A stretch of 64,000 bases of DNA from a virus. The DNA lies in the IMG/VR virus record IMGVR_UViG_3300029812_000326, positions 1-64,000 of that record, one strand, 5' to 3'. The position numbers were made by a program, and so were the translations under genes. The notes under the pieces were generated by a model. That model saw only the letters and a list, made by a program, of their open reading frames with translations, was not told the DNA's origin and ran no database searches. Below are positions 57,390-64,000 of the stretch, in pieces (the first letter of the stretch is position 1; the number at the start of each line of letters is the position of its first letter).

Positions 57390-59189
57390 ATGTTTGAAAT
57401 TTATAAAATATTACTTGATAAACATCTCGAATATCCACGATGGATGGATGTGGCAAATAATCCTAGGGATCCAATCTATCAGGCTATAGATATACATAAA
57501 AATCTACCTCTTCATATGACATCGCAGGTGCAGCCGCTGCTTGATGTATTTCATTGGAACGAACTTGAATTCCATACTATTATTAATGAATCTGGGAATT
57601 TTTTTGGAGACGGATGGGAAATTAAAAATGTAATAGATTATTCCGATTATGAAACGGACATTCCTACGAGTTTAGAATATATATTGACATTTTCTGGAGA
57701 ATTTCCTCCTGGTATCTATGAAAATTTATATTCAATTTGTTATGTGGATGATCTATCTGGATTTTTTTATGTTGCGGGAACCAGTGGGATTTATTCTATG
57801 GACTTGACTGGTTCAATATATGAATCATACTATTATAATTCGCGCCCCGTTGAAACGAAATTGAATATATTAAATGGGATGGCAACGTTGGATTGTTCCC
57901 CAATATTTGGTTCTTTCCATTTGTATAATATTTATAATCTTGATGCATTTGATAATGCAATTGAAATAGATGAAGACCAATATATTTTATCGGGTAATTA
58001 TATTTATATTCCAAATATTAGCGGCGTTTATTTGGCTGAATATAATTGCTGTTTATATCAGCCTCCTATAAATTTAAAAACAAAGAAAAAACCATGGTGC
58101 CATTATTCAGATAGTGGATTCTTAATATTTGGAAATTCATATGAATATGATGGCACACATATACATCTTGAAGATTGTGACATAGAATCCAGCGCGGATC
58201 GAACATTTTCTATTACTCCATTTAATTGCAGACCTTGGAAGTCATTAGAAATCTGCTATGAATATATAAGGCAATATCACATATTCTGGGATTCCTCTTC
58301 GCAATTGACAATATATCCTGTTTCGGGGGAAAATTTTTATCCGAAGCCTTCGGCATTTTCTCAAACATTAGAAAGTGATATAAATGCGTATTATTATGAT
58401 GGAAAATTATATGGAGAATATGTTCCTGGAAGTTCGGCATATTATAAATTCGAAATCAGTGGCGATTATTCTGAAGAATTATTAGATATTTATCCCGTAA
58501 ATGCGGGAATTTTAGATATTTTTTATTGGACACATGCCGCGATTTGTTATCCAATATCCGGACATAGTGCTTTAGAATATTCTGAATCAGGAGATATAAA
58601 TGACTACGTAATGGCTGGAAATCATTATGTTCCATCTACAATTGTTGATTTTTATGGGGATTCCGAATTTAGAGAACAAATTCGATCTGCCCCCATTAGT
58701 CGATTTTCTGCGAAAAAATTCATATATTGCAAAGGTATGACTAAATATTTTGATAAAACATTTTTCTTAACTGATGAATTGGTAATATATGATGATCATG
58801 GGAATCGTTATTATATATTGACAAAAACGCCAGAAGTATATTATATAGTTGACGGAACTGGCAATATTTATAGTCGTTCATATATGCATTTAGAATATAA
58901 TCCAGAAATTAAAGTAGTTGGATTGACATCCGTTGGGGACTACTTAGTTATTGGTTTATATTATAAAAGATTTATATTGATTTATTATAATCCGAGGACT
59001 GGGAAAAAAATTGGTTACGAATTCCAATTTGAATTGAAAGATCCGAAAGATTTTACCATTGGATATGATCGATTATATATTTTAGACGACAATAAAATAC
59101 ACGAAATTAAATTGAGACATGATTATAGTATATATGTCAATAATATGACATATCTACGAGAAAATTATGACAGAATTTGGAAAATCTGA
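57390..59189 (+). CDS. Putative baseplate/structural protein
   Basis: Acidic, Tyr-rich, beta-rich; paralogous to 60848, 61720 and 59193. Confidence 0.55.
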   Translation: MFEIYKILLDKHLEYPRWMDVANNPRDPIYQAIDIHKNLPLHMTSQVQPLLDVFHWNELEFHTIINESGNFFGDGWEIKNVIDYSDYETDIPTSLEYILTFSGEFPPGIYENLYSICYVDDLSGFFYVAGTSGIYSMDLTGSIYESYYYNSRPVETKLNILNGMATLDCSPIFGSFHLYNIYNLDAFDNAIEIDEDQYILSGNYIYIPNISGVYLAEYNCCLYQPPINLKTKKKPWCHYSDSGFLIFGNSYEYDGTHIHLEDCDIESSADRTFSITPFNCRPWKSLEICYEYIRQYHIFWDSSSQLTIYPVSGENFYPKPSAFSQTLESDINAYYYDGKLYGEYVPGSSAYYKFEISGDYSEELLDIYPVNAGILDIFYWTHAAICYPISGHSALEYSESGDINDYVMAGNHYVPSTIVDFYGDSEFREQIRSAPISRFSAKKFIYCKGMTKYFDKTFFLTDELVIYDDHGNRYYILTKTPEVYYIVDGTGNIYSRSYMHLEYNPEIKVVGLTSVGDYLVIGLYYKRFILIYYNPRTGKKIGYEFQFELKDPKDFTIGYDRLYILDDNKIHEIKLRHDYSIYVNNMTYLRENYDRIWKI

Positions 59190-59192
59190 ATT

Positions 59193-59615
59193 ATGAGCGA
59201 ATCCGTTAAAAATTTCAACTGGTATTACAACAACAATAATGGTGACTATGAATTGTCTTGGGAGCATATGTCTGAAGCCGGCGCATTATTTATTGGCATA
59301 TCTGATATTCGGTTTTTGGATTTTGGGGATTGTGACAATATTGGGAATGCAATTTCCCATACATTTGGTGGCAATTTGAATGCATACTATGTTGCAATTT
59401 ATAAACCAACTGCCGATGTGGCAACGAAAATTAAAATTTATCCTCCTGGATTGTTGATGCGCGGTTATCAAGATGCTACTATAGGGAAAGATAATATCTT
59501 ATATATTGCAGATGGGATGGATTTATTAAAAATACAATTGTTTTTCGATTTTTGTAAAATTGTTGGTGGAAAGATATATACAAAAGAATTATATAATCGT
59601 CTGAGGATATTCTAA
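59193..59615 (+). CDS. Structural protein; C-terminus similar to that of 57390
   Basis: DATIGKDNILYIAD..IYTKELYNRL versus DFTIGYDRLYILD..TYLRENYDRI. Confidence 0.55.
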   Translation: MSESVKNFNWYYNNNNGDYELSWEHMSEAGALFIGISDIRFLDFGDCDNIGNAISHTFGGNLNAYYVAIYKPTADVATKIKIYPPGLLMRGYQDATIGKDNILYIADGMDLLKIQLFFDFCKIVGGKIYTKELYNRLRIF

Positions 59616-59622
59616 TTTTATT

Positions 59623-60369
59623 ATGAAGATGAAAAAATGGTCTCAAAAGTATGGTGATTGTTGTATTGAATGTGGAACTACAGAAATTCCCCATAAAGGG
59701 CATGGATTGTGTAAAAAATACTGGGAAAAAAATTATCACAAAAAATATGATATTGAACATAAAGATGCTCTGCAAAAATATAGACACAATTATTATAAAC
59801 GAAACAGAAATAAAATTCTTATACGAAATAAACTTCGAGAAGCAAAAAATAAAGCTGCGCTTAAAATATATAACAAGATATATAAAAAAAAGTATTATCA
59901 AAATAATAAAACTAAATGTGAAAAATATCGTCGAAAATATTATCAGGAACATAAAAGAAAAATCATAGAAAATACTTTGCAGTATTATAATGATAACAAG
60001 AATCAAATGGATATAAAAAGAAAAAAATACCGACAATCATTAAATGGCAAAAGTATTTGTAAAATAACCAAACGAAAGTATAGGGCCCGGAAAAAGGGTG
60101 TTGATTTTTGGACCAAAGAGATGACTATTCGTTGGTGGTGGATGTTGGACGCAACTGAGGGATATTGTCCAATGTGTGGGAATCCATTTGATAATGGGGA
60201 ACATAAATTTACAATGGATCATATATTACCATTGAATTTAGTAGATAAATTAGGAAAAACTGAAGCAATTAAATTAGGCGCAATTCATCACATAGATAAT
60301 GTTCAAGTATTATGCATGAAATGCAATAGCAAAAAACATACGAAAATTCCAATATCAAAAAAGCAATGA
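59623..60369 (+). CDS. HNH homing endonuclease
   Basis: KKWSQKY..CIECG leader, Lys/Tyr-rich linker, CPMC..TMDHILP..HHIDNVQVLCMKCNSKK. Confidence 0.88.
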   Translation: MKMKKWSQKYGDCCIECGTTEIPHKGHGLCKKYWEKNYHKKYDIEHKDALQKYRHNYYKRNRNKILIRNKLREAKNKAALKIYNKIYKKKYYQNNKTKCEKYRRKYYQEHKRKIIENTLQYYNDNKNQMDIKRKKYRQSLNGKSICKITKRKYRARKKGVDFWTKEMTIRWWWMLDATEGYCPMCGNPFDNGEHKFTMDHILPLNLVDKLGKTEAIKLGAIHHIDNVQVLCMKCNSKKHTKIPISKKQ

Positions 60370-60848
60370 TGAATTTTTATCATCCAAGCACTGGAAATCC
60401 CATATTTGTTTCCGGAATTGTATTCAGTGGCATAGAAGGAATAGATTGTCAAATACCAATTGATGAATTCCAATCAAGGACTTATGATGGGATGGGATCA
60501 GAATTAAATAATACGAAATATATAAATAAATATTTTGCCGAATCCAATAGATCAGTAAATAGGAAGCTATCTGAATTTGAAACAGAATATACAACGATTA
60601 AAATTACTGGCTTAGATGGCGACGAATATATTACTGCTTATGGGGAAACTCAGATAGAGCCGCCTGGTGGAAGCGGTAATGCATTGATATATGCATTTTG
60701 CCCAGGATATGAAGAATGGTACGAATTGGATAACTGTGCTGGAAAATCTATGAAATTAGATGTTGATGCCGGAATAACTTATATAGGCTTATCTGTAAAA
60801 TTAATAAAAGCCACGGATGGTCCTATAATTAATTTTTTGATTTATTAA
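60366..60848 (+). CDS. Hypothetical structural protein
   Basis: Overlaps both neighbours; acidic and beta-rich. Confidence 0.5.
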   Translation: MMNFYHPSTGNPIFVSGIVFSGIEGIDCQIPIDEFQSRTYDGMGSELNNTKYINKYFAESNRSVNRKLSEFETEYTTIKITGLDGDEYITAYGETQIEPPGGSGNALIYAFCPGYEEWYELDNCAGKSMKLDVDAGITYIGLSVKLIKATDGPIINFLIY

Positions 60849-61675
60849 TGAATACGACTCTCAATATATTGCTTGAAAAATATCCCAATTGGATGAGATT
60901 GCGAAAAGTGGGAGATCCCATTCGAAGAATTTTCGAGTCTCTAGGAATTCAATTGCTTAACCTTGAAAGAGGGAATAGGCGGTCGTATTATAGCAGTTTT
61001 TTAGTCACAAGCGACGTAGATGCGGATTCCAACTATAATATGTATTATGTTCTTTCGGGAGATATTAATGAATTGAATACAATTTCTGGCTATTGTGATA
61101 CCATGGACGCTACTGGTGAAATAAATCTTATAAAATTAAATGAAGACGAAACTGAAAATTATTATCCAACTCGCGGATTCGCAATAGAAAAGATTTCACT
61201 GCCAGCATCCGGATATGTCACTGGACTTTGCTATCTGGACGAAATTGTATCGGGCGAGTTATTAATTAGCTATGACCAATGCTATTCGATATATTCTTTG
61301 GATGAAAATTATAATTCTTCAAATGGTATTTCGTATTGTTTAGCCACGGCTGATTTTTACTTAGAATTTGAACCACTTTCTGGAGATTTATATAGGGCTG
61401 ATTTATTTCATAAACCATTAACTTATGAATTCAAGGATATATATGACGAAGATGTTCCAATTAGTGGTATTTTCGTAGAAGATCAATATGCATTTGCTTT
61501 TGAAAATAATTTACAAAATTTTGGTAGAATTTTAGCTCACATGACATATGAATTATGCGCATGTCCTTATCGAATTAAAACTGATATGTATCGGTGGCAG
61601 TATTTTTATGAATCAGAAATGCCAGATATATTGTTGGCTAATTATGTAGTGCTTTCGGGATCGGAATTATGCTAA
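60848..61675 (+). CDS. Structural protein, paralogue of the N-terminal part of 57390
   Basis: LLEKYPNWM versus LEYPRWM; LCYLDEIVSG versus ICYVDDLSG. Confidence 0.55.
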   Translation: MNTTLNILLEKYPNWMRLRKVGDPIRRIFESLGIQLLNLERGNRRSYYSSFLVTSDVDADSNYNMYYVLSGDINELNTISGYCDTMDATGEINLIKLNEDETENYYPTRGFAIEKISLPASGYVTGLCYLDEIVSGELLISYDQCYSIYSLDENYNSSNGISYCLATADFYLEFEPLSGDLYRADLFHKPLTYEFKDIYDEDVPISGIFVEDQYAFAFENNLQNFGRILAHMTYELCACPYRIKTDMYRWQYFYESEMPDILLANYVVLSGSELC

Positions 61676-61719
61676 GAATATACGCTTCAAATAAATTAAA
61701 TAAAAAAATGAGATAAATT

Positions 61720-62691
61720 ATGTTAGAAAGCGGCGTGTATTTAACGTGGAATAGGATATCATTTGAATTTTCAAATACCATTTCGGGGGATTACGTTTAT
61801 TTGAAATGTGATCCATATGATGTCTTGCCGGGAGAAGTTACAAAAGTGGAATTTGATTATCAAACATTCCACTGTGAGCAACATATTGGCGATGAGGTTC
61901 ATATTTTTGCTGATAATCTTCTCGAAGATTCCGTAAGATGTTTTATTCCAAATCCAAATGACAATAATCCGATTTTTTATCAACCCAGCCTTAATTTTGT
62001 ATATGATTCTGATGTTTCCGGATCGATTCCACTATATCCAATTGAATTTTCTGGGAATTATTATCCAGATGATATGTATTTATATTTGCCATGTGCTGAT
62101 ACATATTACATTACATATTATACCCAAGATTCCAAAACGTATTATCCCAGAGGGAAGCCGTCACATAAAATGTGGCCGGATGTTGATTATACTTGGAATG
62201 CAGATTATGAACTAAGGAATGGAATTGTATGTCCATCAACGGTTTTGACTTTATGTGATCCAGACAAACATATAAATCGGGCGCTCACTTCAAGTCCGCA
62301 AAGTGCATTTACGGTCTATCAGCAAATTTATTTCTGCGGATCCGCATTTGATATTAGAAATAGTAAATTCTTATTTATTAATCATAAAGGCTTTTTGGCA
62401 AGCGAGAGCGGAGAAAAATGGTACGTCAGGTATCCGGAAGAAAGGACAAAAACGGCTATTTTGAATCCTCAATCCAAACAAACAATAAATGGAAACGCCG
62501 CGGAGCTTAAAGAATTGCAGTGCTTTGAACCAAATTGGGATATCACTTTCCGGAGCATGGTTAATTATCAAAATTATATTTTATTGATTGGCGATTACGA
62601 TGGAAAATTATTTTTATTCATATTGGACCCGGTCCGGCTCCCGAAAATTATTAAGCACATAGAAATCAACAACTTAGATGATGTTATATAA
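61720..62691 (+). CDS. Structural protein, paralogue of the central part of 57390
   Basis: DPYDVLPG..VEFDY versus TPFNCRPW..ICYEY; YILLIG..FILDP versus YLVIG..YYNP. Confidence 0.5.
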   Translation: MLESGVYLTWNRISFEFSNTISGDYVYLKCDPYDVLPGEVTKVEFDYQTFHCEQHIGDEVHIFADNLLEDSVRCFIPNPNDNNPIFYQPSLNFVYDSDVSGSIPLYPIEFSGNYYPDDMYLYLPCADTYYITYYTQDSKTYYPRGKPSHKMWPDVDYTWNADYELRNGIVCPSTVLTLCDPDKHINRALTSSPQSAFTVYQQIYFCGSAFDIRNSKFLFINHKGFLASESGEKWYVRYPEERTKTAILNPQSKQTINGNAAELKELQCFEPNWDITFRSMVNYQNYILLIGDYDGKLFLFILDPVRLPKIIKHIEINNLDDVI

Positions 62692-62720
62692 AACGAAATT
62701 TGGTTGGGGAAAATTGGGAT

Positions 62721-62732
62721 TTGAACTATAAC
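62721..62732 (+). promoter_or_regulatory. Motif TTGAACTATAAC, copy 5
   Basis: Exact 12-mer, 10 nt before ATG 62743. Confidence 0.55.
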
Positions 62733-62742
62733 AATAGCGAAA

Positions 62743-62934
62743 ATGCAAGAAATCAATACTATGAAGAAATGGTCTAAAAAATATGATTGTTGCCAAAAAT
62801 GTGGAGAATATGTTGGAATTAATAAACTTACGATGGATCATATAATTCCTATTTCGAAAGGCGGAATTCATCATATAAATAACGTTCAGCCTTTGTGTAT
62901 GCATTGTAATTCAATAAAGCATAATTCAATTTAA
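62743..62934 (+). CDS. Minimal HNH endonuclease (internally deleted)
   Basis: KKWSKKYDCCQKCG joined almost directly to LTMDHIIP..GGIHHINNVQPLCMHCNSIK. Confidence 0.75.
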   Translation: MQEINTMKKWSKKYDCCQKCGEYVGINKLTMDHIIPISKGGIHHINNVQPLCMHCNSIKHNSI

Positions 62935-64000
62935 TGGTTACTGAAATAAAACAATTCATTCGTGTACCGATCTGGAATTCTTTCGACGAATTCGGTCTTC
63001 TTTTAGGCTTAGAGCGTTTGCCCGGAGAAACTAATCGGGAATTCAGGCTCAGAATCTATAATGCGGGCAAATATTTTGGATCTGCAACGAAGCAAGGATT
63101 GGTTAACGCACTAAGTATTGAACTTGGATGTTGCCAATATAATGCAACTAATAAAACATTTTTCTTTCTTTCATATCAACCAGTGCTTCGTGATCCTGGA
63201 ACTAATGATCAGCTTTCATTTAGAGTTTGGGTGAACAATGAAGAATGGCAAAATTTTGATCTTCATCCTGATGCCGAAAATTATTTTAAATTATGGAAAT
63301 TGGAAAATGGGGCAACAACCCGAATATTAGAAATTAGTGACACATTCAATAATGGCGAACCATTAAAAATCATCTATTATAGAATTGAAGATAATGAACC
63401 GGAAAGATGGGTTGATGAATATGAATATCCGAATGAAAGATTTATGGCATATAAGAAGGAAACTCCAGTTTCTGGGCAAATTGAATTCTTTGAATTAAAT
63501 GATCCCGATTTTAAAAATGAATATCTTTTGGATGGGGACGGAAATCCAAAGCAAATTTATAAATCTTTTGTTGAAGAAATTCATCGGATTTATCCAATAT
63601 TATGGAATAAATTCATTTGGGATTACACCGCATTTGATTGTGGTGATGAAAAGATAACTGGACTCGAACATTTGCCATCAAGATTTGATGCATCGAGAAC
63701 ATATATAACATCTGGAGATTTTATTTCCGGAGTAGGATATGGAACTGATTGTGCAGTCCATGATGGCATTACACATATTAATTATGAGCAAAAAGTTTTA
63801 ATTCATCCTGGATATTTTACGTTGTGTGATTACGAATTTTATTTATTTGGACATAAATGTAGAGAACTGCCCCCTGCCAGTGGAAGCGTTGAATTATTTG
63901 AATTTAATGATCCAATAATCATAACTAATATATCTGGACAATGTTATTGGGACGATAATTTTGCTGAACCTTGGACTGATTATAATATTGATACTCACTA
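62934..64000 (+). CDS. Baseplate wedge (gpI/gp7-like) protein, truncated by the window end
   Basis: Not in the ORF track; ATG 62934 reads MVTEIKQ..WNSFDEFGLLLGLERLPGETNREFRLRI and appears open to the window end. Confidence 0.6.
   Translation, partial: MVTEIKQFIRVPIWNSFDEFGLLLGLERLPGETNREFRLRIYNAGKYFGSATKQGLVNALSIELGCCQYNATNKTFFFLSYQPVLRDPGTNDQLSFRVWVNNEEWQNFDLHPDAENYFKLWKLENGATTRILEISDTFNNGEPLKIIYYRIEDNEPERWVDEYEYPNERFMAYKKETPVSGQIEFFELNDPDFKNEYLLDGDGNPKQIYKSFVEEIHRIYPILWNKFIWDYTAFDCGDEKITGLEHLPSRFDASRTYITSGDFISGVGYGTDCAVHDGITHINYEQKVLIHPGYFTLCDYEFYLFGHKCRELPPASGSVELFEFNDPIIITNISGQCYWDDNFAEPWTDYNIDTH

Noticed and set aside
788-62904. Minus-strand and nested alternative-frame ORFs in the track (e.g. 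11924-12451, 17707-18249, 26523-27041, 59479-60036)
   Set aside because: They overlap well-supported + strand genes, lack motifs and read as shadow ORFs
1-64000. tRNA, rRNA, integrase or transposase genes
   Set aside because: None recognised by eye; spacers are short and mostly explained by stubs or hairpins. tRNAscan and Infernal were not run

Overview
This 64-kb, AT-rich window is the virion-morphogenesis region of a large contractile-tailed (myovirus-like) phage, and all credible genes lie on the + strand. Gene order: HNH, RecU-like and Vsr-like nucleases, lysozyme-like protein, AAA ATPase, a cluster of small basic Gly-rich proteins, trypsin-like protease, large terminase, portal, head protease/scaffold, major capsid, neck and collagen-like proteins, tail sheath, three tube paralogues, chaperones, three giant ORFs, then baseplate genes. 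The lysozyme-like gene and M15 peptidase suggest a bacterial host. The main find is the 2015-aa ORF at 41983-48030 inside the tail module. It carries motifs of a single-chain two-barrel RNA polymerase (RTP...HCDYDGD plus beta-like motifs) fused to a DEDDh 3'-5' exonuclease, with hydrophobic segments at both ends, making it a candidate virion-packaged RNAP. Upstream is a 3615-aa protein in the tape-measure position with four LAGLIDADG inteins and a Cas4/RecB-like domain. Other signals: a recurring intergenic motif TTGAACTATAAC tied to endonuclease genes, decayed homing-endonuclease stubs in many spacers, structural genes split into pieces, probable ATT starts, and strong Ser-Gly enrichment in outer virion proteins. 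All calls come from reading motifs by eye; no searches were run.
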